A stretch of DNA of 64,000 nt, from contig MU054662.1 in NCBI GenBank assembly GCA_013239625.1, forward strand, positions 13,753,798-13,817,797. Direction: 5' to 3'. Below are positions 37,150 through 50,544 of the stretch, piece by piece; positions within the stretch are counted from its first letter, which is position 1; each line of letters opens with the position of its first letter. The stretch is from Lama guanicoe. Its lineage: Eukaryota. The translations under genes and the position numbers were made by a program. The notes beneath the pieces were generated by a model. That model saw nothing but the letters and a program-made list of their open reading frames with translations, did not search any database and was not told where the DNA came from.

Positions 37150-38545
37150 CCGCCCGTGGAGGCACGGAACGTCTCCACCTGCATTTCCAAGGCCACCCCA
37201 GCACAGACTCAGCACATCCACGACGGAGCTCCTGGCCTCTGCGCCCCCACCCTCCACCCCTCATAAAACAGGCTCCTCCCAGTTCCTTTCCGTCCGGTAA
37301 AGTGGTACTGTTACGGAAATGACAGGCCAGCCAAGAAACAAGCACCACTCGGAGGGTTGGAGTACTCAGATTTATTACGCCGGCGGGCCCAGAGGGGCTT
37401 CTGCTCCGAAGCTCTGAGCACCCCCAAGACGTGTGCATGAGGTTTTATAGGGTTAACTACAAGCTCGGGGTATTTGGCCAATAGGCATGGAACAGCTTTA
37501 GCAACATCATCATCACAAAAGTAGAGGCAGGGAGGCAGCAAACCAACATTTCAAGGCCAGATATGTCTCTTTGAAAATCCAGCTGGCTAGCAAAAAACAT
37601 GAACAGGGAATCAGCAAACCAACAATAGTTAACTCAGATTTACAAGTTAGCCCAGCAGAACTCAGATCAGTAATCCGACACTTGTTACACTTGGATTTGT
37701 GAGTTAGCTTGTTAGCCAGCTGGGCTTTTCCTTCACAGTTCCTCCATCCGCCTGCCGGCCCCCGTCAAGGGCCCATCCTGACTCCTTCTCTTCCCTCCTC
37801 CCGACTCCCCATTTACCTCACCCTGTTAGTTCTTTCAACGTGTGCTTCAAACCTGCCTCCTCCCCCACCTGCTGTCACCACCCCGTCCAGGCTGCCACCC
37901 GACCCCACCCTGACTAAGGCCGCAGCCCTCCAGCTGGTCTCTCTGCCCGAGCTTCCCCTTCCAAAGTCACCGTCCACAAAGCCGCGGGAGTGACCCCTCT
38001 TAAATGTAAGCTCACGTCACCCCCTGGAGTCACAGCCGCCCGGCCTGCCCTGCTTTCCGAGGCCTCCTGTGGCCTCCCCGCTGCCTGCCTCCCCGGCCCC
38101 CCCAGCCCGCCCTGACGCGGGCACCAGGCTCCTGCCGCCCATCTTCTCTCTGTTCTGTGATGTCCTCTTCCACCCTGGGGCCCGTGAACTCACTTCCCTC
38201 CTGCCTCTTGGGTCCCTCAACGCTTCAAACAACTGGCCGGTTCTCTTTCTTCAGGGCTGACCCAGACAGCAGCTCTCCAGAGGGGGCTTCCGCCACTAAC
38301 TCAGCCTGAAGAGCAGCCTTACCTGCCCCTCAGCTTCCCCCACTCCACGCCACCTGCTGTTCCCTCTGGGGCAACACCCGACTCCAGGACGGGCCATGCG
38401 TGCGTTTCCTTATTTACCTCCTAGCGTTCATGCTGCGAGGGCAGGGACTCTGTCTACCACCCTTACTTCTGCGCCCCAGTTCTCGGCACTGCGGCCAGCA
38501 TGTAGTAAGTGCTCATTACGTCTTGCTAAATACGTGAGGGAATAA
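37150..38545 (+). mobile_element. L2 LINE fragment split by the solo LTR
   Basis: L2-like ctcctcccagttcctttccgtccggtaaagtggtac / catcctgactccttctcttccctc, and the 3' end gagggcagggactctgtc...catgtagtaagtgctca. Confidence 0.7.
37309..37737 (-). mobile_element. Solo ERV LTR (429 bp, probably ERV1 class) inserted into an L2
   Basis: TG...CA termini. Flanks are GTAC (37305-37308) and GTTC (37738-37741), a 4-bp TSD with one mismatch. In minus-strand order there is a CCAAT box (37478-37482), TATAAAA (37443-37449) and AATAAA (37371-37376). L2 sequence continues on both sides. Confidence 0.85.
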
Positions 38546-39659
38546 AGGAAGAGAAAACACCACGGTTTTCCACAGACCTGCCTAACCTGAATGCTAGGTG
38601 TGTGGCTGACTTCGAAGATTAACTGGCCCAAATCCTCATGTTTTAATAGATGAGAAAGCTGCGCCCCCCTTCCTCCTGCACCTCTGCCGCCTACTGACCT
38701 CCTCGATATTCTTTTCTTACATTTTAACCCCTACCTAGAAAGTGGCCTCTTAATTGGAAGGTACTGTCTCCACGGCACTGGCTGAATCCCACCCGACTAG
38801 TAACCACAGTGTCTATTGTCACAAACACTGAACTACTGAAAAGTCATGCGGTCCCGTTGTTTTTCCCTTTCTTCTTATAAACCAGCGTCCTTCAGAATGG
38901 CCCAGCATGTCAGGCATCTGGTCTACCTGAGGCTGGGCTGGGCCTCCCAATTCCGTTTGCCAGCTAAAATCATGCAACAGGCTACCAACTTTCTGATATA
39001 AATTAGAGGATATACACCAGGCGGGGCTACAGTCCATTTGTGGCTGATTCCGGAGTGAACCAATTTTCTAAGTAATTGGGAAAAAGCCGTCATTTCTTCA
39101 CATGTGTCCCTGGGGGCTGCTAGACTGAGGGCGGTGGAACATCTTTCTAATTGAACGGGGGAAGCAAGGAGGGGCTGCCGCCCTGTACCGAGCAGACTCC
39201 ACACACACGCTTCATCCTCCCCTAATGGGACCTGGTTACATTTTCACCAGATTCCGAGTTTTCATTCCAAAGGGCTTGGTCATTCCCACGTAGTTCCCAC
39301 TGGTCACAGACAGGCAAGATCACGAGAGATGCCATCCCACAGACGGCAGGAGGCACGGAAGCTCCTGGTCAGTTCCAGCCCCGAAAGCCCGCGTCCACAC
39401 GCGCTGGGACCAGCTGGGAGTCTGCTCTAAGTGGTCGCCAGGCCCCGCCCCCTAAAATGTCCCCGAGGAGACGAGAGATGGAGGCGCTGTCTGCCCGCCT
39501 GGCTCCTTCTTGCCAGGCGGCACGAGCAGACGTGATCGCTGCCTTTCCAGAACCATCCTGGACACTAAAGAAGGGGAGGGAAGGGGAGAATCCGACGTGC
39601 ATCGCAAATGTTCTGTGATGTCTCGGAACGAGCAGCTCCCACAACCCCTGCTGCTTTAC

Positions 39660-40065
39660 TCTTTAATTTTTGTAACAAGTGTTTGTGTGCACGTATGTGT
39701 TTACCTCTGTTGGGAAGATGCACAGGGGTGGAACTGCTGGGCCATGTGAGAACTCCGTTCAAACTTTTGAGGAACTGCCAGACTTTCTTTGAAAGCGGCT
39801 GCACACGTTTACACTCCCGTTTATATGAGGCTTCCAATTTCTCTGCCTCCGTCCCAGCACTGTTGTTACCTCTGATTATAGCTGCCCTCGTGGGTGTGAC
39901 GTGACATCGCACCACACTTCCAGTCTGCATTTCCTTCACGATCAGTGCTGCGGAGCATTTCCGTGTGCTCACGGGCCACGTGTACGTCTTCTTTGGGGAA
40001 ACGTCTATTTCGATTCTTTGGTCATTTAAAAACTGGGTTGTCTTTTTAGTAAGAGTTGTAACAGG
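39660..40065 (-). mobile_element. Old L1 ORF2 C-terminal fragment
   Basis: The minus-strand translation contains KEMQTGSVVRCHVTPTRAAII and KRVQPLSKKVWQFLKSLN, matching the L1 ORF2 motifs (EMQIKTTMRYHLTPVRMAII, VQPLWKTVWRFLKKL). Confidence 0.85.
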
Positions 40066-41019
40066 CCCTTCCCTGTGCTTTCTTGTTAATGATTTTAGAT
40101 GGCAATTTAGAAAGTTAAATGTGTTTTTCACAACATTAAAAATCATAGAACAAAGTAAACTCGAACCTCTCCCAGAGAATGAGAGCATCTGCGTGTAACC
40201 CTTCTCATCTACAGCCTCGCAGACCCCTGACGACATGGCCATAGATGTTTGCGTGCTGAGTCCCGAGCACGTCATTGGTCATGTTAGCAAGTGGGTAAGG
40301 CTTTGGGTGAACGGTCCGCCTGTCAAAACCCACTAATCCAAAGTACAAAAAACCTTAGACCTGTAGAGAACCACCTGAATTGTCCACTATTTAGTCCTGA
40401 GGCAAATCTGAAGTCATAGTCCTTTGAGATAAGGTGCAGTGAAAAGGGCAACGAACATCACCGCACGGGGCAGGTGCTCGCTGAATGCCGGCTGGAGGAA
40501 TGCAGGGCACCCGAGCCCTCTGTGGGGCACTGGCTTTCAGTGCTTGGCTTTGTTTATTTAGAAACACAGATGGAGGGGAAGACTTACTGCCTTCTTGGTC
40601 AAAGAGCCGCTGACCTTCTGAAGCCGTAGCCAAGAACCCTAACGTCTTCACGATCCTGAATGTGTTTCCAAATTTGGGCAAAGAGGGAAGTGCGTCTGCT
40701 GATTGATAACCAAGCCACAGGTGGGTCCACTTCCCAGGGCAGGTCGTACTGTGTACGTGAGATGGTGCTTATCTAGTTCTGGGAAGACAAACAGACCTGA
40801 GTCCTGTGTGATCATCAGGCCACCGGCTTACTCGGATCTAGAAGGCAGCAGGGTGCGCAGAGCCGTTCACGCGGCGACCCCACTGCCCCTGGGGTTCTCA
40901 CTCACTCCCTGAAGGTGAGCTCACTCCTCACGGGTCTCCCGTCTCTGCATCTGGGTGCCGACTCGTTGGTCCTTCCTTGGTCATATTCACTTAGGAGTAA
41001 CAAAAAGGGACAGGGCTCC

Positions 41020-41110
41020 AATGTGTGTGACATTTGCTGTTTACTTGTAGGCAAGTTATTCAGCCTCTCTGAGTCTGTCTCCTCTTTTACAGGTTTGAGA
41101 TGCTAAATGT
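41020..41110 (+). mobile_element. MIR SINE fragment
   Basis: taggcaagttattcagcctctctgagtctgtctcctctt. Confidence 0.6.
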
Positions 41111-42314
41111 AACGTGTGTTTCCCCCAGTTCCAGGACTGTCGTGAACCTTAAACTGAGGCAGTGGGGAGAGTTCCTCGCAAAGTGCGAGACTCAGAACAG
41201 CGCCGGCTGGGGCTGCTCCACCTGCTGGGTGACCTCGAATCGGTCAGCTTGCCGATCCTGCTATTTCCTTTTTCCCTTTACAGCTCTTGTTAGCACGACA
41301 TTTGGAAAGAATTCAAAACAAATCACTAAAATAACAGTTGGAGATAAATTGCATCTTCTAGTCCTTGTTTCTTATCTGCTAACACAGAACAGAAGAGACT
41401 TTGGGGAAACACAGCTCTGTGGATACACAGACATCGCTTAAGCCTGACCCAGGAGGATGGAGGACGGTGTTCTCGGCGGTGGTGGTGGTCCTCGAGGCGG
41501 CGGCCAGATGTGGGGGCTGCACCTGACAGAACCTGCCTCCTTCCAACTCACAGAGCAGGAACCAAGAATCCTGAGCCGGCGTTTTCCAGGCTGGACCCCC
41601 TCCTCTCCACAGCCATTATAAGTGGAGTAAGAGAAGGCAGCTCCTGGATGGGCTGGGCTCTTCTCAGCTGGCCAAGAGGACAAAGCCAAGACACAAGCGA
41701 AACGTTCTGCCTTGAAGAAGAGAACTGGGCTTTGCTTAAGTCACTAATGAAGAGAAAGAAGAGAAAATCTTAGAAGATATCAAGCCAAACCTGATCCAGC
41801 AAAATCAAAGATAGCTTTCAAACCCAGGAGGTAATTCCCAGCTTGGAAACAAGCCAGAAGAGAGAGACTGCGTCCATCTGTTCCGCTAGAAATGCCACAG
41901 GAGTCGAATGACCACGAAGACGGTATTTTCCAGGAAACGAAAACCACTAATGGGTATTATTTTGGTAATTCAAATACTTTCTTTCATGATAAACACCTGC
42001 TCCTTTTGGAAACAGATTTAATGATGATGTTTATCCATTTATATCTGTGCACTGCTGAGCCCACTGACGGCACTCAATAAATAATAAATAATGGTAATAA
42101 TAATCCTGATCCGAAAGTCTTCAGGAGGAAGGAATCAGACTCAAGATTTATTGTGGGCACAGCCTGTAAAAATCGATCTGGCCCTTTAAATAGAAGAAGT
42201 GCCTTGAGGGAAGACAATCTATTGATTTATGATGAAAAAAAATGTAATTTTAAGAATTAAAATAACAGCAATAATCAATGTCCTATAAGGCCCATAAGAA
42301 AGAAACAAAGAAAC

Positions 42315-42384
42315 AAGGAAGGAAGGAAGGAAGGGAGGAAGGAAGGGAGGGAGGGTGGAAGGAAGGCAGGGAGGGAGGAAGGAA
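42315..42384. repeat. (GGAA/GGGA)n purine tract
   Basis: aaggaaggaaggaaggaagggaggaaggaagggagggaggg...ggaaggaa. Confidence 0.9.
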
Positions 42385-43819
42385 CAACACCCAGAGTAAC
42401 AAGTGTTGTTTTTCTAGGAACAGAGGCGGACTCCACGAGCACGTCTAAGTTACCGGATTCAGGAGCAAGGTCTGCCCCAGACAGAAACGTCTACTTCGGT
42501 TTGTTCCTTGAGGAGGCAGCTTGTCCAGCTCGGGGAGGAGAGAAGCCGCCCCACCTCCGTCCACCTCCCTTGGTCCATCCAGACCTAACTGCCTCCACCG
42601 GCGGAAGCTCCCGGCCGCTGTTACCAGCAGTGACCGCCCTAGGTTGACTTCCGGCCGCATCGCCCCGGAGCGACGAGGTTGCAGTGAGTTACAACCACCG
42701 GGCCACCTCCGACACCCAGACTCCTCATTAACTCAGCCCTCGCTTTGCCTCCACAAGTAGGTTCAGAAAACACCCACGAGCCCCTTGCCAGGCTCCCTCA
42801 GCGGTTACATGCTCCCTGCAGAAGGAGACTCAATCCGTGCTGATGAACTGTCCCCACCTTCGCTTGCCAGCGTCGCACCTCGCTATGTCTTCTGGTTGGA
42901 ATCTTGCTCCCCCGACTCTCTCCTGACGCCCCCCACGCTCCCGCGCTCCCCTCCTCCTGTGGCTCCTTCGCGCAGGCTGGTTCCCGTGGGGAATGCACTT
43001 CACCTCCCGCTGAGGTGCGTCTTGGAGGCGCAGCGCAGGTGTCAGCTCCTTCACACCGTCCTTCGTGGCTCCTTTATTTAGTGTGGTTGCCTGACTCCCT
43101 TCTACGCCAGTGGAATCATAATCATCACTTTTTTGTAGCATTTCTTTAGTTTTTCTTTGTATAAAATTTAATGTATATACAGTTCTCCCCTAGAACCTGG
43201 TAAGACTCCGGAATGCATGTGTTTGTTCTGCGTGGAGTAGGTGCTTATGATACACTCACTGAATTCTAGTGCTGCCGTGAGGAGGACGCCCATGAGGAAA
43301 GAAGGTAGTATCTGGAAATTCTATGATTTACACCTTTTAGAAAAACCCTGGCCACGTGCTTACATAGTTTCACCCTGAGACTGACAACCGTTTCTCGAGT
43401 GTGTAAACGCGTCCTCATGGATGGTCCATGGCACGCTGTAGGTGGTCTATAAACGCTCCTTGGAAGCCCACCACCAACGCAGGGCGAGCGCCCACGAGAA
43501 AACACACACAGTCTGTGCCCCTGAGCCATCTCGGCGTGTCCTCGCCCAGCCTCTCTCACGTGGCAGATGTTCCTGTCGCACAGAGACATTCTTTTGGATT
43601 CTGCTTCCAACACTCATCACGGCACCCAGTCAGGTACCACTGACAGCAACCAACGGTTCCGTTGTCGTCAATCACACAGCTAATAAAACACCTTCACAGT
43701 GTCCACACGGGACTGAACTCATCTGGGAAGCAGACCCACAGGACTAAAAGCCATCATGAAAACGGTCTTTATCTCCAAAAGGATGACGTCTACCACCGTG
43801 TACTAAAAGTGCCGGCTCA

Positions 43820-43960
43820 TGTGTCTTTTTCTTCCCATTAGACTATGAACTCCGTGAGGGCAGGGGCTACCTGTGTTACCTTCATCATCCTGTTTTCAGC
43901 GCCAGCAGCGTCCTGATGCCTAGCGTATGCTCAGCAAGTGTTCGTTACACGGACGAAGTG
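43820..43960 (+). mobile_element. L2 3' end
   Basis: ccattagactatgaactccgtgagggcaggggct...gtatgctcagcaagtgttcgtt. Confidence 0.65.
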
Positions 43961-46900
43961 TATCATCAGACCGAATTAGCCACGGCCCCCTACGGGCGGC
44001 AAAATTACAGACCAGAACATTCCTACCTTTTCTCTCCCTCCACTGAAGCAATCCCAGAGACTTCCTTAAGTGATCAGACAACATAAATTTAAGGCAGCGA
44101 TTTGGGACTTTAAATGTATTTGCTAGAAAGTTGAGTTTTCAAATATTCATGGGCTGCAGAAATCGGTGTACACCTGTGTCTCAGCAAATTGAAGAAAGCA
44201 CCAAATAGGATCAGGGAAAATAAATGCACAGGGAACAAGGAGGCTTAACTGATTCCTCACGATGACTTCGGGGTTTACCACACCAAGCCAGGTGTGGAGC
44301 TCCTGAACTCCCTGAGTCGACTCTGCCCCTAGCCTTGCAAGGTGTGATTAGTGGATTTCTCAACCACCTCGTGATTTTCACATCCACCGAAAGCATCCAT
44401 TCAGGGACACATCTCGCTCCGACTCTATCTTCCCTCCGTGGGGACTCCAAAGACCGGCTTTCTACCCCCGACCAGACAGCTCTTCCAGAGGCTCATGGAA
44501 ATGCCTCTTGCATGTTAATCGTTGCAGAGATGGCAAAATATAATCCCCGCTGAAGGCCGTTTCCTCGCTTTCTCAGCAGGCAGACTGTCTCGTGACCCGG
44601 AGGGGACAGCTTGGTCATCTAGGCACCAACTCTGAAAAGTCTCCATTGCCCAGCATCAGACTTTCAAGTAGAAATACTTTGCCCTTAATAGCACCGCTCA
44701 CTGAAAGCTTTACTGGCAATCAAATATCATTTCTTCCTTTTCATGCAAAGGCCAGGACAGAATAATGGAGGCAAAAGGCAACGTTAGTGAGGAGAGTGTG
44801 GAACTCCGGGCCCCACCAGCGCTGGAGAAAATCCAACAAAGCCAACGTTGTGAGCCGAGACGCACGGTGATTGTCCGCCGCCCCGGGCGGGGCGCTCATC
44901 ACGGACGGGCTCTGAAACACAGAGGGGCTGTTGGTTTACACGCCTGCGGCCGGAGGACCTGCGCCTGCAACTGCAGCGTCCTCCCCAGAGGCTTCCTGGA
45001 AGCAGGCGCGACTCTGTGCGCGATTTGGCATTACTCAGAGGGGGCGCGTCGCCCTTTCCGATAAAGCCCGGCGCGGGGACCACCCAGCTGAGGAAGTCAG
45101 CCAGCTGGTGACGACTTGCCTTGAGCGTGTCATCCGGATCCAGATCGGCTCGCTACCAGAAAGGCACCGCCTTAAATCAAATTGAGTTCAGCTGCTCCCG
45201 CCCCGGAAGACGGACTCCATCACCACACAGCGTTCCCATCACACACAGTCCAGCATGTGGGCAGAAGGGTTTCCCTCCACTTGAGCACCTCTTTCCCCAT
45301 TAGCCGCCTAAGGGACGCCCTCAGGGTCCGATGGATCCTTGGAAACTCGGCTCCATGAAATCCGAAGGGGTTGAGAGGTGAAGTGTGACTTCACTTCTAG
45401 GCTGACAGTACATTGTCCTTTGCCAGGAAAGGATCAGCTCTTTGGCAAAAGGTCACTAAACTCCAATCTGTTTACTCACATTATTTCTAAGTTCTGTGCC
45501 ACATCCAGGACAGATACCCGCCGAACAGACGTGACGCGGATGAGAGAGCGACCGCGGTTGCAGGTCTGCAGGCGCAGGCTCACGTCCACACCTCACTGCT
45601 TCTCAGGAGGGCCTGGCGCCTGGAAATGCCAAGATAGTAAACCTCTGGCAATTAGCTGGGCAGGACTAACCGCCAGAGTGAGGCCATCTGCAGGGGCTCG
45701 TCTCTCTGGAAGGCTGACCCCGGGGCTCAGGGCAATGGATTCCCAGCCAGTAGCCACCCGGCTGCAGGGGGCATTGACCGAGCAAGAGCCTGAGGTCCAG
45801 CAGCCTGAGCCAGCAGCCCTCCGCCCGGCGCCTGTGTGAGCTCCACGTCACCCAGCCCTGGCTGAAGTGGGGCAGGCAGCATCCGGGTGGGACGGCTTCC
45901 AAACGGCTCTTGCTCCAAGGGCAGGAGAGTGAGGAGAGAACAGGTGTCTTCTCCGGGCAGCTCAGGCCTGAGCACGGCGAGGGGAAGAGGCACGCCTGCC
46001 CCGGACGGTTCCCCCGGGAGACTCCTCGGCACACGGCTCTGCCCGCAGCCAGGTGGCATCCGTTAAGCAACTCCTGCCCCCCAGAAAGCAGCCGTGCTTT
46101 TTATACGAGCGGAGAAATGGGTGAAGCTGGAATTTTTCAACTTCCCCAGAACAAAAACCCACTTGAGTATTTTTCCAAAATGCGTTCAAAAGATCTCGGT
46201 CTTCTTCCATAATCTGTGTATTGCTGGACACGGGGAAGCTGTTTAAAGCCCGATTCTCTTTTGATTGTTACAGATTCTCCCACGATGACCTAAGGACTCA
46301 GGGGAGAGGTGTGTTTTCACAGCAATGTTTTATAGCACCCTCCCAGCCCCGAGCTCAGAAAGTGAACGGGCTGTTTAAAATGTCAATTGGCTCAGAGACT
46401 TCACTTCATTTACACAGTAGGGACGTTAAGTATCAAAGTGAAGTAGGAACACATGAGAAATAAGACTCACACTCTGCTCGACTCTGGTCGGACGGCGTCT
46501 GGGGACAACACGTCGGCGAGGCCTGTGCACTCAGGGACACTGGGCGCACAACACGCAGGGCTGAGGGGGGCCCCCCAGACTCTGGACGGGTGTGCACAAG
46601 GGCCGCGTCAAGAGAGACAGCGAGGCTGCCTCTGAGGAAGGTGCCGGGTGCACGTGGAGTCCCACCCGCTCTATGCGGCCTCCGGGCTGGAGGCAATGTC
46701 AGTGGGTGGACTTCACTGGGAGGTGGCGCAGCTCCTGAGCCGCCTGGCTGTGAGTGGCGGGGATGTCCTCGGGACGGTCACGGGGGCTCCTGAGCACTTG
46801 GGGGAAAGGCTGTAGAAGGCGTGCACGGTGGACGGGGCACCACAAACGAGCTGGAAGTTTTACTGCGACAATGACAGCATGTGAGTCTCTGAATTCATCT

Positions 46901-48299
46901 CTTTGTATCTTAAAATAGTTGCTACAAGAAGGTACACAACTCAAGGCATTTAAATAAAGAACCGACTCCCCTACACACTACGTTCAAACAGCATGATGGA
47001 CGGGGGAACAGCAGGATTTCTTCCTCGGAGGAAAAATAGCGCATCTAAACCAGGAGAGGAGAAAGAAGTCTTAGGCCGGCTCCTTGAAAGGAACAGGAGG
47101 CTGCAGCTTACACGGAGTCTGGGGCTCACCCGGGTCTTCAAGGGCAGAAGAAATTCAGGACGAGAGTGACCGGAGCCGACCTTACGCAGGGGGGCGGGGG
47201 GAGAATTTTCACCCAAGTTCTTCAGGAGACCTGAGGTCGGTCGGCTTTAGAAACTATCTTTGCTCCAGTTATTGTTTAAAAGGTCATTGATTTTTTCTTT
47301 TTAGTTTTAAGAGAATCCTTTTTTAAAATAGGAAGACTCATGGTTTATTGCTCCAACACAGACGCGTGGCTCTGCCGTCGCCTGGTGACGGAAATCCGAT
47401 AACTCGGAGGAGAGGCGAACAGCCAGGCAGACGTCCGCGCCGGCAGAACAAACGACCCTGCACCTCCCGGGACAGCGAGAAGGAAGCAGGTGCGCAGCTG
47501 CTTCAGGCCGATTTCCAGACTCCTCGGCTCTGCCGACACGCGCTCGCCCTCCCCGCGTATTCTGCACGGTGCGGGGAGTCCGAGCTGCTGCTGATCGTCG
47601 ACCGAATCACGAGCTTCCACCAACACCTCAGTTCACCTAAGGCCCCGATTCTTAATGAAAGCTGATTGCCGACAAGTCATGTCATAGCTGGTTAGCCCTC
47701 GTCTTTTTTGAGAAAAAGAAGAAAATGCTCTAAACTCTAAAGGCCAAGTCCCTATGTTTCATGTTCATCAGCAAATCCCCAGATTTAGTAAAAACCTGCA
47801 GATGCTCCAAAACGATGTGTGAAATTACAGGATGAAGTGCCTCACTCTCTGCACTGACCCCAGGGAGCCCCCTGAACGGTTAATCTGGTGCAGTCTGGAC
47901 CCAGCCCACCTTTCCCGCCTCCTGCTTCTGCCCAGCGCATCCCCACCCCATCCTCACTGAGATGCGCTTGGTGCTCGGACGACCTCCATTTGCCCAGCCT
48001 GGACACGTGCTTCCATCCGCGTGGAGGCCCGACGTGCCTGCCGGACTCCTACTCACTCCTCAAGACCCAACTCAAGAATCCTGCCTCTGCCACACGGCCC
48101 ACCACGGCTGCAAGGAAAGCCCCTCCCTCTCCGCACCCCTCAGCGTGTGTGCAGGTCTACACCCAGGTCTGGGTCTGCGATGACTCACCTGTGCCCGCCT
48201 CCCCACGGAGAGGCCACAGCCTGTTGGAGGCACATGGGAGCAGTCCCGCAGGGGCTCACTGCACAAGCCTTTACGCTGTTGCTGTGTCTTGATTTTAAA

Positions 48300-48700
48300 G
48301 TCTAAATGTTTTTCTCATTACATAAAATGATTAGGAACAATACCAAAGTGAACGAAGCAAACACTCTACCCTCACCAACCCCGTTCTTTCAGAGGTGGCC
48401 ACTTGTGTCAAAGTGGCGTGTCGTCTCAGAAGTGTTTTTCTGCACATGCAGTCATTCAGAAAGCCCTGGGTGTATGTCTAATTCATAGATGCAAACACGG
48501 ATACGGACACAGACATGTGGATGTGGAAATAGATACACAGTGATATGATTTAATCCACACGTGCCAAGCTGCAACTCACATTTTCCACTCAACAACATGT
48601 CCCGGAGCTCTCCGTGTCAGTGTGCACAGAAAACAGCACAAGCTTTTTTACAGCTAAGTAGGATTCCAGCATGGACATATATTTTATGCAATTTAATCTC
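48300..48700 (-). mobile_element. Old L1ME-like 3' fragment
   Basis: ctgcaactcacattttccactcaacaacatgtcccggagctctccgtgtcagt...tttttacagctaagtaggattccagcatggacata is typical antisense L1ME sequence. Confidence 0.65.
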
Positions 48701-49264
48701 CTTTGCATCCCGGGGGCTTAGCACAACGCTTGACACCTAGTAAGTGGGCAGGTCCTACCTATAATTGACGGCGGTCGAACATTTTGATGAATATTTCTCT
48801 CTGGGTGCTCTGAGCTCCTCTGGAGATAAATCAGGTCACCTGTCTCGGGCTGGTTTATCACAGGCGAACAGGTGGAGCGTGCGCGTGGGATGCTGACAGT
48901 CCAGAGGGTGCGCTACCTGGAATTTGTGGCATTCCTAACCAGAAGCAGGGCGCAAGGAAGGCCAAGCACGGGGAGCAAAGGAGGGAACCTGGGAAAAGGT
49001 GGGAGTTTCCGGATTTCCAGAGAGCTGAGGCCGCGGGGCGGAGGAGACAGAGCAGTAACCTGGAAGACTCCGTCCCTGTGCCGTGTCTGCAGCTGCACAA
49101 GTCCAGCTCGCCCAGAGCCGTCGCCCCAGGGGCCAGGACGGGAGCCTCTCCCACCTCCTCACCGCCTCCCGAAGCCCAACTCCCAATGTGCCCTTTCTCA
49201 CGGGGCAGATTACACCCCGAATAAAGTGGTGACCCCGACTTATCAAATCCTCGGGTCGGCTTTC

Positions 49265-49640
49265 ACATCATTCACTGACTCAAGAAACAGCTGTTGAATG
49301 TGTGTCAATGGCTGTGCTACTGGAGTCGTTCTGTGTGCTGGGGCACAGCTGTTATCAAAGCAAAGCCCCCCCGTGATGGGTCTCCTACTCCAGGAAACAG
49401 CAGACGGTTAATACAGAGTCAAACGTAGAACCCACTGCCAGTCACTGTGAGATAGTCTGAAAGCATCTCCACACTATGAAAACGTACAGAAACAGAGGGA
49501 AGCAGAAAGAAACAGAAAAAGATACAGGAGTAATTTGCACAGAACCATCAGGGCAGGCTTCTCTGAGGAGGTGACACTTGCCCAGCGATCTGAATGCAGT
49601 GAGAGGTTGGCCGTGCCGGGGTCTGGCAAAAGCCCTCCTC
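49265..49640 (-). mobile_element. L2 fragment
   Basis: tcattcactgactcaagaaacagctgttgaatg...; cagggcaggcttctctgaggaggtgacacttgcccagcgatctgaa. Confidence 0.65.
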
Positions 49641-50399
49641 CTTCGTTTGGTAGACGGAGTGTGGAGCCCGCTGGGGCTCTGCCTTCCCCACCGCCATCAA
49701 CAGAACCCCTCCGCCAGTCTCTCTTCTCTGACACCAATTAGACGGAAGAGTGTGGGCGATAATTCTACACTCTGTCTTGCTTTCATCACCTGTACAATAA
49801 GGAATTAAAATATTGGCTTCTGTGGTCCCCCACCGATAACCTACAGTGTCGTGTTTCTGCAAAGTGATGTGCTGTCTGAGGGACCTCGCTATCTTTATGA
49901 TTGTCCCTCCACACATCCCCTCAAACAAGACAAGAGCCCCGTGGACCCCTCGGCAGCAGAAGGCGGCGGCCCCTACATCTCTTGCTTTGCCGAGGTTCCC
50001 AAGACAGAGGACAGGGGCCTGGCGTCCCCGCGTCTGTTTTCCGTGATCTCGAGGGAACGCTCCTTCCAGCAACAGCCCGCTCAGCCCCTCTGAGTGGGGA
50101 CACTGTGACCACATGGGGTGCCAGGATGCTCTGTGACACCCCCGAGGGGCCCCGTCAGGACCCAGCACGACCGCACACTGCTCTGTCTGTTTGCGGGCAG
50201 GTGTGGGGGGAGAGGTTGGTCGGGAAACCATATGGACCCTGGAACTCCCCCTCCCTCCCCGCCCCGCCTTCCAGCCTGGCTCCGTCTCTAACTCGCAGCG
50301 TGATCCTGAACAATGATTAAAGCTCATTCCTGTGGTTTAGTAGTTCCCACGCACCAGTGCTGAGAGCGTGTGGCCGCAGGCACACAGGGCACCGCCGTG

Positions 50400-50500
50400 T
50401 CACCTTGACAGATGTAGAAACTGAGGCTCCGAGAAAGAGGGTGAACTTCCTCAAGACCACAAGGCCCGGTGGTGACTGGGGATGGAGTCAGAATGCAAAC
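50400..50500 (-). mobile_element. MIR SINE fragment
   Basis: ttgacagatgtagaaactgaggctccgaga...aacttcctcaagaccaca. Confidence 0.75.
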
Positions 50501-50544
50501 CCACATCCAACCCCAAACCTCATGCTTTCAGTTATACGCTTTCT

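Noticed and set aside
39565-40275. 236-aa ORF with L1 ORF2 motifs
   Set aside because: A decayed L1 fragment, not a functional gene.
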